DNA of 31,836 bases from a virus, in IMG/VR virus record IMGVR_UViG_3300046525_000085, positions 1 through 31,836 of that record; one strand, given 5' to 3'. Positions 1 to 7,215 of the stretch are shown here, one piece after another. The translations under genes were made by a program, and so were the position numbers. How positions within the stretch are numbered: position 1 is the first letter of the stretch; every line of letters begins with the position of its first letter. The notes beneath the pieces are model-generated. The model saw only the letters and a program-made list of their open reading frames with translations, had not been told where the DNA came from and ran no database searches.

Positions 1-114
1 ACCCGCATTTTGTATTTGAAACTTTTGAAAAAACCGCTTGAGTGTGCGCACGGGGTATGGCATATTTCATTTATAGTGGACGTACATATGGAAATTCACT
101 TAATTACCGTAAAA

Positions 115-141
115 AGCTCATCATTTGATGGGCTTTTTTTG
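115..141 (+). terminator. Rho-independent terminator-like hairpin
   Basis: AGCTCATCA / TGATGGGCT stem (one G-T wobble) followed by a T7 run at 134-140. Confidence 0.6.
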
Positions 142-186
142 TTGCTAGATAATTTGGAATAAAATGTGAATGAGATCTCAATATAA

Positions 187-205
187 ACCAAGTATATTAC
201 TTGGT
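187..205. promoter_or_regulatory. Perfect 8-3-8 palindrome, possible protein-binding site
   Basis: ACCAAGTA-TAT-TACTTGGT. No T-run follows, so it is not a terminator. Confidence 0.3.
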
Positions 206-240
206 ATTAAGTTCTCCATGATAGTTAATATCAGTTTTAT

Positions 241-272
241 CCTGCACCTTCCCCAAGTTGCAGGTTTTTTTT
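241..272 (+). terminator. Rho-independent terminator-like hairpin
   Basis: CCTGCA (241-246) pairs with TGCAGG (259-264), followed by a T8 run at 265-272. Confidence 0.55.
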
Positions 273-361
273 GCTTCATTTTTTATGCAATTAATGATTT
301 AATTATTTTGTTGTAAATAAAAACAACGATTCCTTGTATCAGCGCACATGACCAAGGGGGA

Positions 362-390
362 AAGCCTTACAGAGATGTAGGGCTTTTTTA
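362..390 (+). terminator. Rho-independent terminator-like hairpin
   Basis: AAGCCTTAC / GTAGGGCTT stem (one wobble), 6-nt loop, T6 run. Confidence 0.6.
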
Positions 391-810
391 TTGCTGCATG
401 GGTTTTGATGGGCTTTTTAAACAACTAAGATGGTATAGTGACACTCTCTTTTAAGTGCTCCTCTATATGCCTGAAATCTATAAATACATTTACACTCAGA
501 TAAGTATATTCGGTTCATTACCAACACATAAAGTTCTTATAAATAGTACACATAACAAGACCAAATTAATTTTCGCTGATAATACTTTTGTTTATGGGGC
601 TGTTTCTGATTGGGCAGTAGGTCTATCCGGGCTTGATTCGAGAAAATCAATATGGTCGGAAGAACCCAAGTTGTTTTTAGAGGGTGAAAAGAGAAGATTG
701 AGCCTCTATCGAGCATCTCATCCAGCATTTATAACTGAAGCAATTTTAGGGTAGGCTTTAGATATTTTGAATGTCGTTAATACTATAAGTACTTATATTT
801 CAAATAAAGT

Positions 811-839
811 TTGCTTTGTGGGTGCTTAGGGCGTATAAA
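811..839 (+). promoter_or_regulatory. Sigma70-like promoter for the tRNA gene
   Basis: TTGCTT (811-816), 17-nt spacer, TATAAA (834-839). An AT-rich tract lies upstream, and the mature tRNA 5' end is about 14 nt downstream. Confidence 0.5.
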
Positions 840-852
840 GCTAACTCGTTGA

Positions 853-929
<77 letters not shown>

Positions 930-951
930 ACGAAAAAGATTCAAAGTTTAT

Positions 952-981
952 AGCCTAGTCCCCGTGGATTAGGCTTTTTTT
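952..981 (+). terminator. Rho-independent terminator after the tRNA
   Basis: 10-bp stem AGCCTAGTCC / GGATTAGGCT (one wobble), 4-nt loop, T7 run at 975-981. Confidence 0.75.
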
Positions 982-1035
982 ATGGCGGCTTAACTTTAAT
1001 CGTAGTGGTTTAAATTTTAATGCCGCCACCCAGAT
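981..1035 (+). repeat. Structured repeat element, copy R1
   Basis: TATGGCGG ... TAGTGGTTT ... AATGCCGCCACCCAGAT. TGGCGGC (983-989) pairs perfectly with GCCGCCA (1022-1028). A second copy lies at 1718-1769. Confidence 0.6.
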
Positions 1036-1049
1036 ATTTACATACATCG

Positions 1050-1078
1050 AAGCCCTGTCAAATAATCGGGCTTTTTTG
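1050..1078 (+). terminator. Weak rho-independent terminator-like hairpin
   Basis: AAGCCC / GGGCTT stem, 12-nt loop, T6 run. The 3' flank GGGC-T6-GTTGC resembles those at 130-145 and 380-394. Confidence 0.45.
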
Positions 1079-1298
1079 TTGCCTGAAATATGGCAATCAT
1101 ATCCTGTGAGTGTGCCGGCTTACAGAACATGCCTTGAGTAAACGCCTAGTTATTTTAGGCAATTCCAGCTAGGGCTTGGCAACCCGACCTTAATGAGAAT
1201 GAAAGCAAGTGAAGTTGACCGTGCATGTAAGGTTGATGTGATTGTGAGTAGCGTTTGGCCCCGCGGAGAGGGCTTTCCTATCGTTATAATTTCTTAAA

Positions 1299-1320
1299 AT
1301 GTATTTTAAATACATATAAT
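1299..1320 (+). promoter_or_regulatory. Perfect 8-1-8 palindrome abutting a consensus -10 hexamer
   Basis: ATGTATTT-T-AAATACAT (1299-1315). Its last T is the first base of TATAAT (1315-1320). A weak -35 TTCTTA (1291-1296) sits 18 nt upstream. Confidence 0.4.
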
Positions 1321-1412
1321 GAAAATAAATTAGCATTTTTATTAAATCAATTTATTCTTTTTCCGTTGTTATATAGCGACACATTTACCCAAATCAGCGC
1401 AAATGATAAGGG

Positions 1413-1448
1413 AGCCCATATTAACACTCATAATGTGGGCTTTTTTTA
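1413..1448 (+). terminator. Rho-independent terminator
   Basis: 9-bp stem AGCCCATAT / ATGTGGGCT (one wobble), 11-nt loop, T7 run at 1441-1447. Confidence 0.65.
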
Positions 1449-1646
1449 TGTCTTAGGTAAACTCAAATAATTCAATCAAACATCATACCCTTTGTGAATT
1501 AAACGTGATATTTATCAAAAATATACGAAATAAATTGATTGATTGAATAGCAAATATCGAGTAATTTTTTGATTAGGTTAGATGTTGTTATAGATCATCT
1601 AACTAGGTAAATCGATTGACACTCGGAAAGACGAGAATTACAACAA

Positions 1647-1672
1647 ATGCTCACAGAAATGTGAGCATTTTT
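1647..1672 (+). terminator. Rho-independent terminator
   Basis: Perfect 9-bp stem ATGCTCACA / TGTGAGCAT, GAAA loop, T5 run. Confidence 0.65.
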
Positions 1673-1717
1673 AATGCTCCGAGAAATGTTTTTTTGTGTA
1701 AGCAATATCGGGGCTCG

Positions 1718-1769
1718 TATGGCGGTTTCTTTATTCCTAGTGGTTTGTATTGAATGTCGCCACTCAGAT
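1718..1769 (+). repeat. Structured repeat element, copy R2
   Basis: TATGGCGG ... TAGTGGTTT ... AATGTCGCCACTCAGAT. The stem TGGCGGT (1720-1726) / GTCGCCA (1756-1762) keeps pairing through two G-T wobbles at the positions where it differs from R1. Confidence 0.6.
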
Positions 1770-1906
1770 TTCAATTAAAGTTAATTCATAAAATATTGAT
1801 TTATTCTTAATTCATTTTTTCACAAAAAATTCACGAATAAGTATGCATGATTGCTGCTAGAAACAGCTGTAGTTTCTGAATGACCTTCCAAGGTCCTTAG
1901 TTTAAG

Positions 1907-1942
1907 CCCACATCAATCTACTGCTGAGGTGGGATTTTTTTT
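1907..1942 (+). terminator. Rho-independent terminator
   Basis: CCCAC...GTGGG stem, extendable with one mismatch, followed by A then a T8 run. Confidence 0.6.
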
Positions 1943-1957
1943 GCATGGAGAAAAGTA

Positions 1958-2074
1958 ATGCTCCGATTGTTAATGTGTTTATTTGGCCTTCATGGTGCAA
2001 TTGAGATCGATTATACAATTAACCATGAAGAAATTAAGGTCTGCCGAGAATGCTTGAAGGAAGTTAAAAGCTAG
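1958..2074 (+). CDS. Hypothetical 38-aa peptide (MLRLLMCLFGLHGAIEIDYTINHEEIKVCRECLKEVKS)
   Basis: GGAG at 1947-1950, 7 nt before the ATG. Too short for the ORF track. No recognisable motif beyond a CxxC. Confidence 0.3.
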   Translation: MLRLLMCLFGLHGAIEIDYTINHEEIKVCRECLKEVKS

Positions 2075-2126
2075 AGCAATTGATGCTACTTTTTCGCCTT
2101 CCGGAGCATGTGTATAATTTCATCTT

Positions 2127-2330
2127 ATGAAAAGACATCGTAAAAAATCTGCGCACATAACCTCAAATTGGACAACAGAACAAGACTGTTTCTTAATTGA
2201 AAATAGTTCTATGTTGATTGATGACCTTAAGGAGCACCTACCTTTCACTGAAGATGAAATTATTAATCGAAAAGAGGTGCTTGGACTTACCAGAAGACAA
2301 AAGCAACTGCGTAAATTTTTAAGCACTTAG
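2127..2330 (+). CDS. Hypothetical 67-aa protein
   Basis: ORF track. No SD. A TATAAT (2113-2118) lies only 8 nt upstream of the ATG. The W-x2-E-x-D-x2-L pattern is vaguely Myb/SANT-like. Confidence 0.45.
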   Translation: MKRHRKKSAHITSNWTTEQDCFLIENSSMLIDDLKEHLPFTEDEIINRKEVLGLTRRQKQLRKFLST

Positions 2331-2356
2331 ACACTTATTTAGCAACTACGCTTTCT

Positions 2357-2365
2357 TGGTATAAT
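2357..2365 (+). promoter_or_regulatory. Extended -10 promoter element (TGgTATAAT)
   Basis: TG at 2357-2358, one base, then TATAAT at 2360-2365. It lies about 105 nt upstream of the small ORF at 2471. Confidence 0.45.
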
Positions 2366-2387
2366 TTCTTACATGTCTATCACTGTA

Positions 2388-2438
2388 AATTGTGAGAAAT
2401 GTATTCTTTCGGTGTTGATAATTATTTCAATTGTGAGA
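2388..2438. repeat. Two direct copies of AATTGTGAGA, 41 bp apart
   Basis: Exact 10-mers at 2388-2397 and 2429-2438, between the extended -10 element and the 2471 start codon. Operator-like. Confidence 0.4.
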
Positions 2439-2470
2439 GTATGAAAGAAGAACAATAAAGGGAGAAAAGT

Positions 2471-2563
2471 ATGGCTTCACAAGATGTGCTTGTAATCTCG
2501 GTTTCGGCCTTTGTCCTTGCATTAACGATTTATGAGTTTGGGCAAATGTCGGTGTTGTTTTAA
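2471..2563 (+). CDS. Small hydrophobic 30-aa peptide (MASQDVLVISVSAFVLALTIYEFGQMSVLF)
   Basis: Strong SD (AAAGGGAGAAAAG) ending about 6 nt before the ATG. One predicted TM helix. The stop codon is followed directly by a terminator. Confidence 0.5.
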   Translation: MASQDVLVISVSAFVLALTIYEFGQMSVLF

Positions 2564-2566
2564 GCG

Positions 2567-2589
2567 AACCACCTTCGGGTGGTTTTTTA
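2567..2589 (+). terminator. Rho-independent terminator (TTCG tetraloop)
   Basis: AACCACC-TTCG-GGTGGTT followed by T6. Related copies lie at 15099 and 16167. Confidence 0.75.
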
Positions 2590-2602
2590 ATGGGCGCAAA
2601 TT

Positions 2603-3040
2603 ATGAACGCAGACGACTATTTCTGGAAAACCAAAAAGCGCCCACCTAAAACGAAACCACGCTCTAAACCTCTTCCTAAAGCAAAAGAAAAATACTTAGA
2701 AGCTGAAGAAACCTTATTTCAAGAATTAGAAGAACACTTGATTGGCTATGAGCGTAAATTTCAATTTGAATCCACTAAAAATTGGCGATTCGATTTTTAT
2801 ATTGTGAAGTTGAGACTTCTGATTGAAATAGCGGGTAGTCCTTGGGCCGTCGGGCGTGGTGGTCGTAAAGTGGCAAACGAATTTAATAAGTATGATCTGG
2901 CTGAAGATATGCGTTACAAGATTGAGCGTTTTGAGCCACATGCGATTGAATCGGGTAGTGTGATTCGCTGGATTAAGGGTCAGTTAGAGAGATTAGAAGA
3001 TGGAACGTATCAGACCATTCCCACCGACAGATCTAATTGA
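2603..3040 (+). CDS. Putative restriction-endonuclease-fold (Vsr/DUF559-like) nuclease
   Basis: Basic N-terminus. The pattern E...RFDF(Y)...LLIEIAG resembles the D...E-x-(D/K) core of Vsr/DUF559-type nucleases. Sits upstream of the packaging genes. Confidence 0.4.
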   Translation: MNADDYFWKTKKRPPKTKPRSKPLPKAKEKYLEAEETLFQELEEHLIGYERKFQFESTKNWRFDFYIVKLRLLIEIAGSPWAVGRGGRKVANEFNKYDLAEDMRYKIERFEPHAIESGSVIRWIKGQLERLEDGTYQTIPTDRSN

Positions 3041-3641
3041 TCAGGCTGAGGAAGAAGAAGCAATTCGCCTTGCGCCCGCCGTGGAATTAAAAGAATGGGT
3101 GATTAAAAACTTTCTAACTATTGGTGGCCAGCTCCACAATCCAGATCATGACCATATTGCCGAGCTACTACACGATGATGAATCCTTCTTAGCATTTGCT
3201 TGGGCATCAACTGCATGTATGGCTAAAAAGCGCATGGTATTGGGCCAATGTGAAAAAGTGATGTTTAACCAAGGTGGATGGAAGAAAGCCCGACAAGAAC
3301 AGCAGATGCGTGACTGGTTTGGTTGTGTCCCTGTTTATCTCATCACCATTGATGCCTCATTCTGTGAGCAAGCTTCAGATCATGATTTTTGTGCATTGAT
3401 CGAGCATGAGCTTTATCACATTGGCGTAGAACGTGATCAAGACGACGAAATTATTTACAGCGACAATACAGGCTTACCAAAGCATTACTTAGCTGGCCAT
3501 GACGTTGAAGAGTTCTATGGTGTGGTCAAACGCTGGGGTGCAAGTGAGAATGTTAAGCGCTTAGTCGAAATCACCAAGACTGCGCCGTTTGTGTCTAAAT
3601 TTAATGTATCTGCGTGTTGTGGGAATTGTGTGATTAATTGA
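3000..3641 (+). CDS. Putative phage zinc metallopeptidase (HExxH)
   Basis: IEHELYHIG contains HExxH. Size and position just upstream of the terminase genes fit the 'putative phage metallopeptidase' family. Overlaps the previous ORF by 41 nt. Confidence 0.6.
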   Translation: MERIRPFPPTDLIDQAEEEEAIRLAPAVELKEWVIKNFLTIGGQLHNPDHDHIAELLHDDESFLAFAWASTACMAKKRMVLGQCEKVMFNQGGWKKARQEQQMRDWFGCVPVYLITIDASFCEQASDHDFCALIEHELYHIGVERDQDDEIIYSDNTGLPKHYLAGHDVEEFYGVVKRWGASENVKRLVEITKTAPFVSKFNVSACCGNCVIN

Positions 3642-3668
3642 GCCTTGGGGTTCTTTTTTTTGGCTATT

Positions 3669-3687
3669 TAGGTTGACGTAGGTTGAC
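3669..3687. repeat. Tandem direct repeat TAGGTTGAC(G)TAGGTTGAC
   Basis: Two adjacent 9-mers 13 nt upstream of the small terminase start. The second copy creates TTGACA (3683-3688). Confidence 0.5.
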
Positions 3688-3699
3688 AGGATTGAGGAT

Positions 3700-4176
3700 A
3701 TGGCGGCTCTAAAAAAAGAGGTAAAACTCTTTATAGTTCGCTCACTTGCCGTATTTAATACACCCACAGAAACTGCTGAGCTCGTCAACCAAGAATACGG
3801 GATAAAAGTTACTAAACAGCAGTGTGAGAAATACGACCCAACTAAACGGGCAGGTGAGAACTTAAGCGAAGAATTGAGAGTAGATTTTGAAAAGACTCGT
3901 GGAATGTTTTTGGGAAAACCTGAGGCAATACCTATTGCTAATTTAGCGGTACGCATGCAGCGCTATGAAAATCTGTTTCAGAAATACAGTAAAAACCGAG
4001 TAGCTGCTACAAGCATTCTTAAACAGGCTGCCGAAGATATGGGTGGTAAATATACCAATAAGCAAGAAATTACAGGCGCTGGTGGTGGCCCATTGCAGAG
4101 TGAAAACGTCACTCCTGTGACCGCTACTGATGAGCAGATAAGGCAGGCAATAAATGAACTCGAGAGTGAATATTGA
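3700..4176 (+). CDS. terS: Terminase small subunit (DUF2280-type)
   Basis: The N-terminus (KEVKLFIVRSLAVFNTPTETAELVNQEYGIKVTKQQCEKYDPTKRAG...IPIAN) matches my recollection of DUF2280 proteins. Lies directly upstream of and overlapping the large terminase. Confidence 0.7.
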   Translation: MAALKKEVKLFIVRSLAVFNTPTETAELVNQEYGIKVTKQQCEKYDPTKRAGENLSEELRVDFEKTRGMFLGKPEAIPIANLAVRMQRYENLFQKYSKNRVAATSILKQAAEDMGGKYTNKQEITGAGGGPLQSENVTPVTATDEQIRQAINELESEY

Positions 4177-5716
4177 TCCTGTAAAACTCAAAGCAAAGCG
4201 CATGAAGTGTGAAGATGAACACCTGTTTTTTACACGTGCATTCTTTAAGCCTCGTATGGGTTTTAAGTTCTCGGTCAATTGGCACCATGAATATATGGCT
4301 TGGGCGATTGACGAAGTTATTGCTGGACGGATTGAAAACCTCGTAATTAACGTCCCTCCTGGTTCGGGTAAAACTGAGCTGCTGACCAACTTGATCCCGC
4401 GCGGTATCGCACGGAACCAGCGTTCAAGATTCTTATATCTGTCATTCTCGCAATCACTTGTAGAGGATGTGTCATCTACAGCACGAAACATCGTTAAATC
4501 GGCTGATTTTCAGGGCTTATGGCCAGTGAAGATCTCAACCAATACCGATGCTAAGGCCAGTTGGAAAACGACTGTAGATGGCTATGAAGCAGGGCATGTT
4601 TATTCTGCTTCGATGGGTGGTCAGGTTACGGGCCGCCGTGCAGGTACATTGGCTGATAATGGGTTAACAGGTGCAATTATCCTAGACGATCCGCTTAAGC
4701 CTGAGGATGCATTCAGTAAGACGGCACGTAACAAAGCTAATCGTAAAATCTTAAACACGGTCAACTCTCGTAAGGCTAAGTCATCAACACCAATTATTTT
4801 GATCATGCAGCGCTTACACGTTGAGGATCCGACTAACTTTGTGATGACGGGCAACGTCCCAGGTAAATGGCATCAAATCTCTATACCGGCATTGATTGAT
4901 GACGATTACATCAAACGTCTACCTGAGCACATTCGCAAGAAAGTGCCATTAGATGTTGAGCGTGATGAAAAGGGCCGTCAAAGCTATTGGCCACTGAAGG
5001 AATCATTGCAGTCATTGCTGCAGTTAGAGAAAGGTGGACAGGACAAAGACGGTGCTACGGTTTCGCGTTACACATTTAGCAGCCAGTATCAGCAGGAGCC
5101 TAAAAAGCTCGGCGGTGATCTGATCAAGGCTGAATGGTTTGGTGAATATCACGAATTACCAGAACTATTGTGGCGTGCTGTCTTCGTTGATACTGCCCAA
5201 AAGATCAAAGAGCAAAACGACTTTACTGTATTCACACTTGTAGGAATGGGGGTAGATGGGAAGCTATATGTCATTGATATTTTGCGCGGGAAATGGGAAG
5301 CGCCAAAAATGAATGAAATGGCCAAACAATTCATTGATAAGCATAAAGCTTATGACTGGAGAACCAAGCCTATTCGATACATGAAAGTTGAAGACAAGGC
5401 TCATGGTACCCAACTGGTCCAAGGTTGGCAGAAGTATGGCGGTATCCCAATCATTCCCGTACAGCGTGAGAAAGATAAGCTCACACGCTTTATGGATGTT
5501 GCACCACATATTGAGAACAACTTTGAAGTCTACCCAGAGAATCAAAATCGATTTGTGATGTTGCCACGTGAAGCCATCTGGAAGCAGGAATTTTTAGATG
5601 AGTGTGAGGCCTTCACAGCACAGATGACACACGATCATGATGACCAGGTTGATACCTTAATTGATGCCATTGAAGAGGCAGTTCTGATCGCAAATTACAG
5701 CCCTCCAGCTGCATAG
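4154..5716 (+). CDS. terL: Terminase large subunit
   Basis: Walker A VPPGSGKT, Walker B-like IILDDP, and a C-terminal nuclease region with DDQVD. Position fits. An alternative start at the next in-frame Met (MKCEDE) is possible. Confidence 0.9.
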   Translation: MNSRVNIDPVKLKAKRMKCEDEHLFFTRAFFKPRMGFKFSVNWHHEYMAWAIDEVIAGRIENLVINVPPGSGKTELLTNLIPRGIARNQRSRFLYLSFSQSLVEDVSSTARNIVKSADFQGLWPVKISTNTDAKASWKTTVDGYEAGHVYSASMGGQVTGRRAGTLADNGLTGAIILDDPLKPEDAFSKTARNKANRKILNTVNSRKAKSSTPIILIMQRLHVEDPTNFVMTGNVPGKWHQISIPALIDDDYIKRLPEHIRKKVPLDVERDEKGRQSYWPLKESLQSLLQLEKGGQDKDGATVSRYTFSSQYQQEPKKLGGDLIKAEWFGEYHELPELLWRAVFVDTAQKIKEQNDFTVFTLVGMGVDGKLYVIDILRGKWEAPKMNEMAKQFIDKHKAYDWRTKPIRYMKVEDKAHGTQLVQGWQKYGGIPIIPVQREKDKLTRFMDVAPHIENNFEVYPENQNRFVMLPREAIWKQEFLDECEAFTAQMTHDHDDQVDTLIDAIEEAVLIANYSPPAA

Positions 5717-5724
5717 GTAAATTT

Positions 5725-7212
5725 ATGGCCAAGAAGAAACCAAACAAGTCTAAATCTGATAGTAAGCCTGAATCTGGTGGATTGTTTTTACATGAAGCTG
5801 AATTGGCGCTGATTAATTATCTGACCAAGATGCCTGATGGTGATGAAGTACTGCGCAAAGCAGGCATAACCCGTCACCGCCTTAAAGTCATGATGTATGA
5901 CGATGAAATTTATCAGTGTGTTGAAAAGCGTCAAGATAAGCTTGAATCAGCGCCGTGGCGATTGGAGCCAGCCGATACAACGGCAGCTCAGATTCTGAAT
6001 GATCATTTGCGAGAATGGTGGTCTGATATCGTCATTGCGGCTCAAAATGCGCGTTGGTATGGCTATTCAGTATTAGAGGCTGTTTATAACGAGAATGCAT
6101 TACACGTGAACGGGGATACCATTACCCCGTTTATAGGTCTTGAGTGGATTGGTGAAAAGCCAATGCAGTGGTATGAGCCTAAAAATGACGGCCGTTTAAT
6201 CTTATTACAGAACTTCAGCAAGTCTCGCCTTGATGAGGAGTGTAATCAGCATTTCAAGCACTTCTTAACGCGCTGCAAACCTACATATGAAAACCCATAT
6301 GGAGAGGCTTTACTGAGCAGACTTTATTGGGTTTGGTTCTTTAAGAACAACGGCTTCAAGATGTGGGCTAAGTTTGTAGAGCAGTTTGGTATGCCTATGC
6401 TCGTAGGTAAGTCATCAATTGGTAAGAATGATGACATGCGAGATGCATTACTCCGTGCGCATGCAAGCCGGGTTTTGGCAGTGAGTGCATCAGATACCAT
6501 CGAAGTTACCGCATCAGGTGTCAACTCGGGGAATGCAAGCGGGACATACGATACATTCGACAAGAACTTAGAACGTCGGATTCAAAAGGTTGTCTTAGGA
6601 CAGACCTTGACCAGTGGGACGGATGAATCGGGTAGTCGTGCATTGGGTGATGTGCATATGGAAGTGCAAAACAGCAAATATAAAGCTGATATCCGCATGA
6701 TCCTGCCCACCATTCAAGCAATTCTAAATGCTTTGTGTGACTTAAATAGATGGGAACGCCATCGAATCATTATTGGTGAGGAAAAGTCACTAGAAGGCCC
6801 TAAGGCAGATCGAGATGTAAAGTTAAAGAATGCCGGTGCAAATTTCACCCCTCAATACTTCCAGCGTGAATATGGATTAGAGGAGGGGGATATTGCAGAT
6901 CCTGTTCAAATCCCGCTTAAGCAATTCTCAGCACTACCTCATCAAGCATTCAGCTTTAAGGCATCAGTGCAAAAGCCGTCACCTGAGCAGCAAGAGTTGG
7001 ATGAACTGACAGATGCTCAAGATGATCTTGAGCTATTGACCAATGAGCAAATTAAACAGTTAGCGGCTGAGTCCGAGACACCAGAGGCTTTGCTGTTCAA
7101 TTTGTCTCGATTGATACCTGATGCAACAAAGTCGCAATTTGCAGCGAATTTGGATCAAGCTTTATATGCTGCAGATGTTTTGGGGTATGTGACAGCACAG
7201 GGCGGAAAGTAA
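5725..7212 (+). CDS. Portal protein (DUF935 / Mu gp29-like)
   Basis: 495 aa directly after terL and before a Mu F-like gene. Acidic C-terminal tail. Family assignment by synteny and recollection. Confidence 0.8.
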   Translation: MAKKKPNKSKSDSKPESGGLFLHEAELALINYLTKMPDGDEVLRKAGITRHRLKVMMYDDEIYQCVEKRQDKLESAPWRLEPADTTAAQILNDHLREWWSDIVIAAQNARWYGYSVLEAVYNENALHVNGDTITPFIGLEWIGEKPMQWYEPKNDGRLILLQNFSKSRLDEECNQHFKHFLTRCKPTYENPYGEALLSRLYWVWFFKNNGFKMWAKFVEQFGMPMLVGKSSIGKNDDMRDALLRAHASRVLAVSASDTIEVTASGVNSGNASGTYDTFDKNLERRIQKVVLGQTLTSGTDESGSRALGDVHMEVQNSKYKADIRMILPTIQAILNALCDLNRWERHRIIIGEEKSLEGPKADRDVKLKNAGANFTPQYFQREYGLEEGDIADPVQIPLKQFSALPHQAFSFKASVQKPSPEQQELDELTDAQDDLELLTNEQIKQLAAESETPEALLFNLSRLIPDATKSQFAANLDQALYAADVLGYVTAQGGK

Positions 7213-7215
7213 CTT

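Noticed and set aside
455-754. 99-aa + strand ORF (and its 63-aa antisense partner) upstream of the tRNA
   Set aside because: GTG start without an SD, and no recognisable motif. It lies in an otherwise non-coding, terminator-rich region, so I cannot support it as a gene. It could instead be part of an untranslated transcript.
1255-1470. 71-aa ORF from the track
   Set aside because: It starts at TTG, runs across a consensus -10 box with its palindrome, and continues through a terminator hairpin. The sequence features explain the region better than a CDS does.
1672-1967. 11-nt repeat TAATGCTCCGA at 1672-1682 and 1957-1967
   Set aside because: An exact 11-mer match within a 2-kb AT-biased region is roughly what chance allows, and the flanks do not align.
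2113-2129. Possible leaderless mRNA for the 2127 gene (TATAAT at 2113-2118, ATG 8 nt later)
   Set aside because: No acceptable -35 at 16-18 nt spacing and no independent evidence. Noted only in the feature evidence.
3561-4491. Long antisense ORFs (131 aa and 182 aa, minus strand) over the terminase genes, and similar antisense or alternate-frame ORFs elsewhere (e.g. 13001-13393, 19541-19862, 24008-24448, 10916-11185)
   Set aside because: They overlap well-supported + strand genes, lack SDs and have low-complexity or odd composition. These are typical shadow ORFs.
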